Source: Amphiscolops sp. MND2022
Taxonomy: Eukaryota
Assembly (NCBI GenBank): GCA_964187785.1
Contig: OZ076409.1
Span: 33,048,001-33,112,000, forward strand
Reading direction: 5' to 3'
Length of the DNA: 64,000 nt
Positions 39,568-51,108 of the stretch are shown in pieces (position 1 is the first letter of the stretch; every line of letters starts with the position of its first letter). The notes under the pieces were generated by a model. It made no database searches and was not told the origin of the DNA. It was given only the letters and a program-made list of their open reading frames with translations. Made by a program: the position numbers and the translations under genes.

Positions 39568-39590
39568 TTACCGCGATATGTCCCCTAATG
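39568..39590 (-). repeat. right terminal inverted repeat, preceded by a subterminal hairpin at 39545-39564
   Basis: TTACCGCGATATGTCCCCTAATG at the junction; ACTAGCGGGATCCTGCTAGT is a near-palindrome. Confidence 0.85.
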
Positions 39591-39967
39591 AAGAAGTCGA
39601 AAAATTGAGAAAATTTTAGCAAAATTTCTTCAAAGCTTCATTTCTCCACAAAAAAGCTGCAGCTCCAATCAATTTTTTGTTTCTGAAAGCCCTTTGTCGA
39701 AACTCTTAAATGCACACTAGTTAGGTCGCGAGTTGGTGCCACTTTTTGAGGTGAGAGCACCATCCCGGCGGCGCTGGTCCGGCTTCGCAGGGCCTTTCAA
39801 ATATCGGTTGAACTCACAACTAATGCTCCATTGAAAGAAAATTCTATATGCGTTTTTAATGGTGGCAAACTTTGGTACTATAGTGGGACAGTAACTTAGC
39901 AAACAGTTGCTCAGTTATTGAGGAGAAACAAATTTTCTGAGATGTTTTTTGCTTTTTTTCACTTTTT

Positions 39968-40037
39968 CATTACAATACACATGCCGCAAAGAACTAGCAA
40001 GATATTGCTAGTTCGTTGCGGCATATGTATTGTAATG
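39968..40037. mobile_element. 70-bp palindromic MITE with CATTA...TAATG ends
   Basis: 33-bp arms match at 31/33 around a 4-bp spacer. Inserted in a satellite T-run that now totals 9 T versus the usual 6-7, consistent with a TT duplication. The ends resemble those of 27928-39590. Confidence 0.9.
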
Positions 40038-43000
40038 TTTTCAGGTACTTTTTGCCAAGTGGCTCGAAAAAAATCTATATTGACACAAATATTAATTCCC
40101 ATCAGATAGTCCATTAGATTGTCAATAAGAAAGACAACTTTTAGTTCGTTTTCCTCTATGCTTTCTGCGTGTCGTAATTTATTATTGATAGCGAAAAAAA
40201 TCGCTGTCCTCATTTGAGGACAAAATCACTGCCGAGGTTATACAGAAGTGATAAAAAACGAAGTAGGAACTACCATCCAAACGTCCTAACTTGCTTGTTT
40301 TTGGCTGCAGACGACATTTTCTTTTAAAAAAGCCAACAAGTTTTTTTTTTCGAATCCCTCAGTATAGCCTCGACAGTACACCGAGAAGTCGAAAAGTTGA
40401 CAAAGTTCTGGCGAATTTTCTTCAAAGCTTCAATTCTCCACAAATAATAGCTACAGCTACAAGCGATTTTCTGTTCTCTGTTCCTGAAAGCCCTTTAGAT
40501 AAGCTTTCAAATGCACATTAGTTCGGTCGCGAGTTGCCGCCACTTGTTTGTGTAACAGTGCAACTACGGCGGCGCGGGTATCGCTGCGCAGGGCCTTTCA
40601 AATACCGGTTGAACTCAAAACCAAAGCTGCATTGAAATAAAACTTCGGTATGCGTTTTCAATGGTGGCAAACTGTGTTACTAGATTGGAACAGTGACTCA
40701 GCAAGCAGTTGATCAGTTTTTGAGAAAAAACGAATTTTCTGAATTGTACTTTTTTGCATTTGTTCACTTTTTTCCAGTTACTTGTTTGCCAGTGGCTCGG
40801 AAAACATCTATAGCGACACAGATAACAATTCACACCAGATAGTCCATTAGATTGTAAATAAGAAAGACATTTTTTTGTTTTCCTCCAAGCTTTTTGCGTG
40901 TCGTAATTTTCTATTGATTGCGAAGAAAACCGCTGTCCTCATTCGAGGACGAAATCACTGTCGAGGTTTAGAGAAAGGACGAAAAACGTAGCAGGAACCA
41001 CCATCCAAACGCCCTAACTTGCTTGTTTTTGGTTGCAGACGACATTTTCAGAAAAATAATGCCAACAATTTTTTTCTCGATTTCCTCAGGATAACCTCGA
41101 GAGTACACCGAGAAGTCTGAAAATTGAACAAAATTCTGGCAAATATTCTTCGAAGCTTCTTTTCTACACACTTAATAGCAGCAGCTACAATCGAATTTTT
41201 GTTCCTGAACGCCCTCTACCTAAAATTTCAAATGCGCATTATTAAGTAATTGAGTTGGCGCCACTTGTTGGGGTAAGAGCGCCGCTCCGGCGCCGCGGGT
41301 ACGGCTACTCCGGGCTTTTCAATTATCGGTTGAACTCACAAATAAAGCTTCATTGAAAGAAACTTCTATATGCGTTGTCAATGGTAGCAAACTGTGTTAC
41401 TAGAGTGGGACAGTAGCTTAGCAAACAGTTGATCAGTTATTGAGAAAAAAAACGAATTTTCTGAATTGTACTTCTTTGCAATTTTTCATTTTTTCAGTTA
41501 CTTTTTGCCAGTGGCTCGGAAAAACATCTATATTGACGCAAATAACAATTCACATCTCATAGTCCTTTAGATTGTCAATAAGAGAGTTAATTTTTCGTTT
41601 TCCTCCAAGCTTTTTAGTTGTCGTAATTTTATATTGATTGCGAAAAAAATCGCTGTCCTCATTTGAGGACGAAATCACCGCCAAGGATATACAGAAATGA
41701 TGAAAAACGTAGTAGGAACCACCATCCAAACGTCCTAACGTGCTTGTTTGTGGCTGCAAACGACCATTTCAGGAAAAAAAGCGCAAATAAGTTTTTTCGA
41801 TTTCCACTGTATAACATCGACAGTACACCGAGAAGTCGAAAAAGTGACAAAATTCCGGCAAATTTTCGTCCTTTACCTAAGTTTTCAAATGCACATTAGT
41901 TAGGTCGCGAGTTCGCGCCACTTGTTGGGGTAAGAGAGCCACTCCGGCGGCGCGGGTCCGGCTGCGCAGGGCCTTTCAAATATCGGTTGAACTCATATAT
42001 AAATCTTCATTGAAAAACTTATATATGCGAGTTCATTGGTGGCAAATGGTGTTACTAGAGTGGGACAGTAACTTAGGAAACAGTTGCTCAGTTATTGAGA
42101 AAAAACGAATTTCATGAAATCAACTTTTTTGCAATTTTCACTTTTTTTTCAGTTACTTTTTTGCCAGTGGCTCGGAAAAAAACTTATAATGACACAAATA
42201 GTTAATCACACCAGATAGTCCATTCGATTGTCATTAAGAAAGACATTTTTTTTGTTTTATTCTATGCTTTTTGCTTGTCGTAATTTATTATTGATTGCGG
42301 AAAAAAATCACTGTCCTCGTTTGAGGACAAACTCACTGTCGAGGTTATACAGAAATGTTGAAAAACATAGTAGGAACCACAATCCAAACGTTCTAACCTG
42401 CTTGTTTTTGGCTTCAGACAACATTTTCATGAAAATACCGCCAATATTTTTTTTCGATTTCCTCAGAATAACCTCGACAGTACACCGAGAAGGCTGAAAA
42501 TTGACAAAATTCTGTGCAAAATTTCTTCGAAGCTTCATTTCGCCACAAATAATAGCCGAAGCTACAATCGATTCTCTGTTCCTGGAAGCCCTTTACCTAA
42601 GCTTTCAAATGCACATTAGTTAGGCATTGAGTTGGCACCACTTGTTGGGGTAAGAGCGCCACTCCGGCGGCGCGGGTCCGGCTGCGCAGGGCCTTTCAAA
42701 TATCGGTTGAACTCATAACTTAAGCTTCATTGAAACAAATTTCTATTTGCGTTGTCAAGGGTGGCAAAATGTGTTACTAGAGTGGGACAGTAATTTAGCA
42801 AATAGTTGCTCAGTTGTTGAGAAAAAACGTTTTTTATGAAATGTACGTTTTTGCAATTTTTCACTTTTTTTCAGTTACTTTTTTGCCAGTGGCTCGGAAA
42901 AAACCTATATTGACACAAATAACTATTCACTTCAGATATTCCATTAGATTGTCAATGAGAAAGACATTTTTTCGTTTTCCTCTATGCTTTTTGCGTGTCG

Positions 43001-44782
43001 TAATTTGTTATTGATTGCGAAAAAAAATCGCTGTCATCATTTGAGGACAAAATTACTGTCGAGGTTAAACAGAAGTGATGAAAAACGCAGTAGGAACCAC
43101 CATCCAAACGTCCTAACTTGCTTGTTTTTGGCTGTAGACAATATTTTCATGAAAATAACGCCAATACGTTTTTTTTCGATTTTCTCAGAATAACCTCGAC
43201 AGTACACCGAGAAGGCAAAAAATGACAAAATTCTGGCAAAAGTTCCTCGAAGATTCATTTCTCCACAAATAATAGCCGCAGCTACAATCGATTCTCTATT
43301 CCTGAAAGCCCTCTTTCTAAGCTATCGAACGCACATTAGTTAGGTATTGAGTTGGCGCCACTTGCTGGGGTAAGAGCGCCACTCGGGCGGCGCGGGTCCG
43401 GCTGCGCAGGGCCTTTCAAATTTCGGTTGAACTCATAACTAAAACCTCATTGAAAAAAACTTCTATATGGGTTTTCCAATGGCAAACTGTTACTACATTG
43501 GGACAGTAATTTAGCAAACAGTTGCTCAGTTTTTGAGAAAAAAGAATTTTGTGAATTGTACTTTTTTTGCAATTTTTCACTTTTTGGATACTTTTTTGCC
43601 AGTTGCTCGGAAAAAAACTTATACTGACACAAATAATACTTCACACCAGATAGTCCATTCGAATGGTAATAAGAAAGACATTTTTTCGTTTTCCTCTATG
43701 CTTTTTGCGTGTCGTAATTTATTATTGATTGCAAAAAAAATCGCAGTCCTCATTTGAGGACAAAATCACTGTCGAGGTTATACAGGAAAGATGGAAAACG
43801 TAGTAGGAACCACCATCCATAACTAAAGTTTTTTTTGAAAAAAACTTCCATATGCAATTTCATTGGTGGCAAACTGTGTTACCAGAGTGGGACAGTAACT
43901 TGGCAAACAGTTGCTAAGTTATTGAGAAAAAAACCAGTTTCCTGAAACCAATTTTTTTGCATTTTTTCTTTTTTTTCAGTTACATTTTTGCCAGTGGCTC
44001 TGAAAAAAATCTATATTGACACAAAAAACAATTCACACCAGATAGTCTATTAGATTTTCAATAAGAAAGACATTTTTTCGTTTTTCTCTATGCTTTTTGC
44101 GTGTCGTAATTTAATTTTGATGGCGAAAAAAATCGCTGTCCTCGTTTGAGGACAAAATCACTGTCGAGGTTATACAGAAATGATGAAAAACGTAGTAGGA
44201 ACCAGCATCCATAACCAAAGCTTTTTTGAAAAAAACTTCTATATGCGTTGTCAATGGTGGCAAACTGTGTTACTAGAGTGGGACAGTAACTCAGCAAACA
44301 GTTGCTCAGTTTTTGAGAAAAAACGAATTTTATGAAAGATACTTTTTTGCAATTTTTCACCTTTTTTCAGTTACTTTTTTGCCAGTGGCTCGGAAAAAAA
44401 CCTATATTGACACAAATAATACTTCACACCAGATAGTCCATTCGAATGGTAATCAGAAAGACATTTTTTCGTTTTCCTCTATGCTTTTTGCGTGTCGTAA
44501 TTTATTATTGATTGCAAAAAAAATCGCAGTCCTCATTTGAGGACAAAATCACTGTCGAAGTTATTCAGAAATGATGAAAAACTTAGTAGGAACCACCATC
44601 GATAACTAAAGTTTTATTGAAAAAACTTCTATATTCGATTTCATTGGTGGCAAACTGTGTTACCATAGTGGGACACTAACTTGGCAAACAGTTGCTTAGT
44701 TGTTGTGAAAAAAAACGAATTTCCTGAAATCACCTTTTTTGCACTTTTTCACTTTTCTTAGTGGCTCGGAAAAAAACTATAA

Positions 44783-45588
44783 TGTTGGCGCCAGTCATCT
44801 GCGAGATCAGAAACTCAAATTCGAACGTGACTGATGAAACTTACAACTCAAAACACTTAGAAACTTTGTTAAGATTCGAGTTGGAAAATTACAGGTTTCA
44901 GCAGCAATATGCCTGAGGGAAAAACACCACTTCCCTTATTGAGAAGCACTTGTCCAATGACCCTGAAACTTAGCATGCATATACAAGAGGTGCTAACTCA
45001 ATTTTTCACTCGAACCACCCTACCTTGTATCTCCCCTGGGTTCAGAGCAATTAACACCCAAAGTGACCTAGGTCGGACCCCATGAAAACCCAATTTTGAT
45101 GTAGTAATAATTATGTGATTTTCTCATTTGACCTTGAAGGAAATGTAACTCCGTTGACATTTATTATATTTACATTGTGTAAACATACTTTCTAGCCCAC
45201 CTAACCAACATGCCAAAACCACCACATAGTTTGTTTACATAGCCAAAACTTCATTTTATGCTTTAAATGTCTTTGATTTATTCAACATATTTCAACTGAT
45301 ATTTGCTTATATTTACTGTAGAATTGTAAACTACTTTTATACCATTATTAGATAGAGATTTTTTTCACTGAATAGCTATAGTCAAGTTGGGTCTTAGGAT
45401 CCAACTCAGTGCAAAGAGGAATCGCAGGAGATTTCTACGGGTCACATCGGACCCACCAGCTAAAAGATACAGTCCTTTAAAACAAGAAAACCAGGATTTG
45501 TTTAGTGACGGTCCACAGCACTAAGCAACGGATCAGGGAGGCGTAAAGTTTGTCAAGCGTCAGCGCAGGATAAGGGCAAGAAGATACA
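44783..45588 (+). repeat. 5' LTR (806 bp, with an internal deletion)
   Basis: TGTTGGCGCCAGTCA...GATACA. Homologous to 50150-51108 but lacks ~140 bp near 45399. Confidence 0.92.
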
Positions 45589-45590
45589 TT

Positions 45591-45607
45591 TGGTCCGCCG
45601 ACCCGGA
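45591..45607 (+). promoter_or_regulatory. primer binding site, probably for tRNA-Tyr
   Basis: TGGTCCGCCGACCCGGA lies 2 nt after the LTR. It is complementary to a tRNA 3' end ...GGACCA and similar to the TGGTCCTTCGAGCCGGA PBS common in BEL elements. Confidence 0.7.
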
Positions 45608-45728
45608 CAACTCGTTGGTGGACGGTCCGGACTAGAAGGAGAAGACGAGGACGAAGACGTCTCGTTGGTGGACAACTGAGAAGATTGCCCGAGAAGAACA
45701 AGTGTCTGGATCTTGGAGTCTCTGAGTT

Positions 45729-45909
45729 TGTGTCTCTGGGATTTTGGGCTACTGTGTCTCTGGGAGATCGGGCTACTGTGTCTCTGGGAGTATGGGCTAC
45801 TGTGTCTCAGGGGGATTGGGCTACTGTGTCTCTGGGAGATTGGGCTACTGTGCCTCTGGGAGATTGGGCTTTTGTGTCTCTGGGAGTTTGAGCTATTGTG
45901 ACTTTGGGA
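45729..45909 (+). repeat. 24-bp tandem repeat (~7.5 copies) in the BEL leader
   Basis: Unit TGTGTCTCTGGGAGATTGGGCTAC. Confidence 0.95.
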
Positions 45910-45935
45910 ACTGAGTTCAATCAAGAAGAGAAGAG

Positions 45936-48453
45936 ATGGCTCAATCAAAACGATTTGATAACAACAAAGTTGAAAACTTTCTGAAGAACTCTGCAGACAA
46001 CGCGCAAACGCGGAGTTTTTGGAATGCATCTGTCGAGCACGGAAAGACCGTGAAAGAACTTGATGAGAGTCTAGCTAGCAATGATGACAACAAACAGATA
46101 ATAGAGCTACTGTTACGACGAACAGAAGCCATAAACAGGCAAGAACGACTCATTAAGGCAGTCGAAAATGCAATAAAACTCATGTATTAACTGCAGATAT
46201 CCGAAATATTCTCAGCAGTGAACAAAGCATTAGAGAGTCGATTTGTTGAGTTGCAGCAACAATACGCTAGCATTGGAAGGTTGATAATACTGATGTCAAC
46301 ATTGAGACATGAAAATCAGATACTAAACAATTTGGATCTTGAAGAAAAGAAACGTGGTATTGATGAAAGAATAGTCCACAACGGAAAGTTGCGCGATGAA
46401 CCAATTGAAAACGGCCAGGACGCCGAAGAAGATTATACAGCAGCATGCCAAGAATTGGTTCAAGAGAGGTCTGACCTTCAAAATGAAAAGTGAAGCTCTC
46501 CTGAAGTCAGGAGAAACTGGAGCCATTTTGCGAAGCCTTGAAGACGTCGAACAAAGACTAGCAGATGTTCGCACAAGCGTAGCCGCAGACAAACACAGTA
46601 AAAATGGTACCTCACCTCAAAAGGAACAGCAACCAGACAATGAGCAAAGGGAACATGATGGTCACAACGCGGATGACAGCCAAGAGCCAAGAAATGGAGC
46701 TAGATCATTGCCAATAGAAGAATTGAGCATACATTCGCGAAATGAAAGAGCCAAAAGCAACAAAACCTCTGTGTTCTCGAAAACGTCAAATGTAAGACGA
46801 ATCCTTGATCTGGAGATAAAAGCTTTGAAAGAGCAAGAATAACTGCAAGCCCGCCTGAGGGAACTGAAACAAAAAGAAATAGATGACTTGCAAGAAGATT
46901 TGGCTCGCAAAGCTAGAATAGCCGAAAAAGAAAGAGAAAGAGCGAACGTGTCGAGCAGTCGGGGTTCTAGCTTGAGAAGCATCTCGCCAGTTGGGACTCC
47001 AGATGCCAATGTGACGAAAGTCTCAGGTTGGATGGACAAGACAGTAGAAGCTGAAAACGTGGCATCGTTGATTAACGCGCCATCAGTACAACCGCAAACG
47101 TCCGTCTCATCACCAGTGATTACAGTACAATCGATGCATGGAGGACAATGCTCCGCGCAAGTGAGGGACTTGAAGCCTTCATTGAAACCGGTCATGTCCA
47201 CAGAAGCCACTGTGGGAACTATTGGAGAGGACGGAACATAGACTGTCATAGGTGCTGGAAGTCAAAGAGCAACAGCGCAACCAGAAGTGAAGTTCGCCTC
47301 ATCGAAGCCGTCGATGACCCTCAGTACAGACCGGAATTGGTTACCACCTTCGCTTGGAGGCATTCAGAGTGGTGTATTTCAAGTCCCACAGCTTGCGAAC
47401 ACACAGAAGCAGTATTTGCCAAGTCAAGGGCCAAACATGGCGTCGAACGTGAGAGAAGACTACTTCATCAGATCAAGCTTGCCAAAACTGAAGTTGGCAG
47501 AATTCTCAGGTGAGCCATTGCAGTGGCCAGAGTGGTCACAACTATTTCAAGCAACCGTCCACGCAGCAAACATAGACGACAGCGTAAAGATGAAAACAAT
47601 GGTAACGCGCAAAGCCAAAGAGGCGATTGCTGGCCTTGGGTACACCGCGGAGATGTACAATGTGGCGTGGACCGTGCTAGCTTAAAACTTCGGAAAACCG
47701 CAGATGGTTGTGAATGCTCAACTGAAGAGAATTTACTCCTTTCCACCGATGAAACCGTATGACGGAGCAGCAATGATCAAGTTTGCGAGAAAAGTGTCGA
47801 GTTGCGTGAATGTTTTGACACAATTAAACTACGTGGGAGACCTAAACTCAGAAGGAGTCCTGGGCAGTGCCACAAGGAAATTAACACTGGACATGAAAAC
47901 GAAGTGGCTCACTGATGTCAAGCAAATGAACCTGTATCAACCTGGACTCGCTGTATCCAGTTAGTGGCTCAATAATACAGCAGATGTTCAAGATGAATTG
48001 CTATTGTATTCGAATCCAAATGCTGATCGCGCAAAGACGAGCAATGAGGAAAACGCCGAAGGCTCTACGTTTGCAACATCAGCGACAAACAAAACAAGTG
48101 ACAATTCGAAAACTCAGCGAGAGTGTGTGTTGAAAGATGGTCAACATCCGATATGGAAATGTGAGAAATTAAAGAAGAAGAACGTCGACGAAAGAGGACA
48201 AAAGGCGAAAGAACTGAAGCTGTGCTTCAAATGCTTGTCGGACGCACATCAGATGAGAAATTGCTCTGGAAGACTCTGCGACGTCAATGGATGCGGAAAA
48301 TCTCATCACAGATTGCTACACAGATCATACAAGAACGTGGAACAAAAGAAAAATGTTGAAAACGTCGATGAGGTCTCCAACCTGTCATCAATGAAAAGCA
48401 GTGGTGTGCTTCCAGTCATTCCAGTAACAATAGGCAGTGGGAGTAAGCACTGA
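45936..48453 (+). pseudogene. gag: BEL/Pao gag, interrupted by stops and frameshifts
   Basis: Coiled-coil-like N-terminus; LPKLKLAEFSGEPLQWPEWSQLF (DUF1759-like); triple Cys-His cluster CVLKDGQH...C / CFKCLSDAH...C / CDVNGCGKSHHRLLH. Confidence 0.9.
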
Positions 48454-48990
48454 AAACGTTCGCTTTGTGTGACAGTGGAGCAAGTCTATCCTTTGTGGAC
48501 GAGAGCCTGACAAAAACGTTAAATCTGACGGGACAACCAGTGGGTTTGAATGTGGCAGAGTTTCATGGAACCTCAGATATTAGTAGCAAACGACTTCGAG
48601 TCAGGATTGGAGATCAAGACGGAAAGGTCAATGAAGATATTGTGGCCTATAGTCACCCCAACGTAAATGCAGGAAATCGAACGTACGATCTCAAGAAATT
48701 GAAGGAAACATATCCTCACCTGTCCGTTTTGAAGGACTCTACAGTCAACTTGGGAGATGTCAAAGTTATCCTGGGGCAAGATTGTTACCACTTGCATAGA
48801 GCCATTGGGTATAGAAAATGTGGATAGTCGAAACCTTGGGCCGTATTGACACAACTGGGATGGATGCCCAGTGAACCATTGCCTCGACAAGAGACTGCGA
48901 AGCTCGCCACCGAAAGTTTTGGTTTTGCAGATGTGGATCCATTGGTGGATCAGATGAAAACTCGGTGGGGTATGAAATTGTATAGTTCCC
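48400..48990 (+). pseudogene. BEL aspartic protease
   Basis: LPVIPVTI...ALCDSGASLSFV...VILGQD...WAVLTQLGW. Confidence 0.88.
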
Positions 48991-49959
48991 ACTGCAGCGT
49001 ATCCGAAATGTCGAAGGAAAATACGAAGGACTCACCAGACATATTCGTTGTAGAAAGAAACTGGCACGAAGTCAGTACTAAATCCCTCCTCTTGAAAATC
49101 AAGCAAATTTGGCAAGACGAAATGCACCTAGCTGTGGGTGACCAAGTGGTAGTCAAACAAGACAAAATATGGGTTTCTCATTTACAGAAGAAAAGAACGG
49201 ACTTGAAAGTTTTGCAACTAAATCAAACATCCGAACCTTGGAAGAATTCAGTGTGAAGCTTGATTTGCTGAAAGAGAATATAGATGTCGCCTCTATACGA
49301 CAGCATGTTGAAGAAAAGCAAACAACTGAAATGCAAGTCGTGAAGTTCGCTGCCGAGACCTTAACACTTGAAGAGAGAAAATGTGTTCTCAAATGAACAA
49401 AGTGGTTGAATTCGTGAAAGAGTGTCAAGTCGAACTCCATGAATATTCAAGAGGAAAAGCGATGTATCGAAGACACTCCAGTGATTTGTTGGAACGCAAC
49501 CAACCGTATAAAGACAACGCAAGTGATGGAGCAACAGTCGTAATGATGTCGTTTTGGAGAAAACATTATGTTGAGCTGAAAAGAAAACTGCTGGACAAAA
49601 TTATTCCAAACGACAGTAAAAATTGTAACAACTGGTTAGGTAATGGAAACTCGGGAATGGATGCAGTGGCACAAGCCAACCCTAATGTGAACACTCAATT
49701 GAGCAGTGGTCACGGCAAGCAATTCGAGAAACGTGCTTGGAAATTTGAACAAAGCTCATACGTATTAGATGAAATGGACGAAGAAGTTCAACTGAATCAA
49801 GATGGCATACTAGACGCAAAAAATTCGACAGATGAATTTTCAGGCGAAATATCACTGATGGAAACGCAAATGGGTTCTTCAAAAGCTCAAACAAGAACAA
49901 GCTGTAAAATTGGACCTTGCATAGGGCCGGCTGTATCATGGGAAGAAATGTATGGGTTT

Positions 49960-50110
49960 GGATAGTGGCTGAGAATGTGAAAAGAGCGCACTACAAGATG
50001 GGTAGAGTGTTGGAAGTCTATCATGGAGGTTATGGGCGAGTGAGATCAGCGCGGGTGAAAACTGAAGATGGAAAACTGAAACGACCATAGGTAAACTGGC
50101 ACCCATATTC
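49960..50110 (+). pseudogene. BEL pol C-terminal (DUF5641-like) remnant
   Basis: RAHYKMGRVLEVYHGGYGRVRSARVKTEDGKLKRP, just before the purine-rich tract. Confidence 0.8.
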
Positions 50111-50149
50111 TACGAATGTGTTTTTCGGGAAAAAAAACAGGGCCGGCAA

Positions 50150-51108
50150 TGTTGGCGCCAGTCAATTTCGAGATCAGAAACTAAAATTCGAACGTGACTG
50201 ATGAAACTTACAACTCAAAACACTTAGAAACTTTGTTAAGATTCGAGTTGGAAAATTACAAGTTTCAGCAGCAATGTGCCCGAGGGAAAAACACCACCCC
50301 CCTTTTTGAGAAGCACTTGTCCAATGACCCTGAAACTTTCAATGACCTGAGCATGCATATACTAGAGGTGCTAACTCAACTTTTCACTCGTACCACCTTA
50401 CCCCGTATCTCCCCTCGGCTCAGAGCAATTAACACCCAAAGTGACCAAGGTCGGAGCCAATGAAAACGCGATTTTGATGTATTAATACATATGTGATTTT
50501 CTCTTTTGACCTTGAAGGAAATGTAACTCCGTTGACATTTATTATATTTACTTTGTGTAAACAAACTTTCTAGCCCACCTAACCAACATGCCAAAACCAC
50601 CACATAGTTTGTTTACATAGCGAATAACTGCATTATTTGTTTTAAATGTATCTTATTTATACAACATATTTCAACTGATATTTGCCTATATTTACTGTAG
50701 AAATGTAAACTACATTTATACCATTATTAGATAGGGATTTTTTCCACTGAATAGTTATAGTCAAGTTGGGTCTTAGGACCAAGAGACTAATTAATCAACT
50801 TCTCAATCTTCACAACTTTTCGCTAGAGTCAGAGCGACTAAGTAGCTACTCTCATAGTTGGAGAGCCGGAGCGCGTGAAGATACAGCAAGGAAAGTGTGT
50901 GACGGATCACATCGGATCCAAATCAGTGCAAAGGGGAATCGCAGGAGATTTCTACGGGTCACATCGGACCCACCAGCTAAAAGATACAGTCCTCTAAAAC
51001 AAGAAAACTAGGAATTATTTGGTGACGGTCCACAGCACTAAGCAACGGATCAGGGCGGCGTAAAGTTTGTCGAGTCTCAGCGCAGGAAAAAGGCAAGCAG
51101 CCGTTACA
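50150..51108 (+). repeat. 3' LTR (959 bp)
   Basis: TGTTGGCGCCAGTCA...CGTTACA, preceded by GGGAAAAAAAACAGGGCCGGCAA and followed by TATAT. Confidence 0.95.

Larger units (their letters stand above)
27928..39590 (+). mobile_element. ~11.7-kb TIR DNA transposon with RAG1/Transib-like transposase and JmjC cargo (decayed)
   Basis: The satellite breaks after ...ACACCGA (27927) and resumes with AAGAAGTCGAAAAATTG (39591), in the same monomer phase. The ends CATTACGATACACATCCCGGTAA and (reverse complement) CATTAGGGGACATATCGCGGTAA match at 18/23. The two extra bases fit a 2-bp TSD (GA/AA). Confidence 0.88.
44783..51108 (+). mobile_element. BEL/Pao LTR retrotransposon, internally deleted and non-autonomous
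   Basis: TG...CA LTRs, 5-bp TSD TATAA/TATAT at the satellite CTATATTGACAC site, PBS, PPT-like tract, BEL gag and protease, and a DUF5641-like tail. Confidence 0.95.

Noticed and set aside
44783..44793. LTR start TGTTGGCGCCA matches the satellite's GTTGGCGCCA, suggesting homology-directed targeting
   Set aside because: Only 10 bp, and the insertion is at a different monomer position with a normal 5-bp TSD.
45729..45909. CRISPR-like periodicity (also the 65-bp array at 32916)
   Set aside because: Head-to-tail units with no unique spacers, no cas genes, and a eukaryotic context.
50766..51011. Repeated ORF MGLRTKRL... (five copies)
   Set aside because: It lies within the LTR, starts at TTG, and recurs only because the LTR was duplicated.
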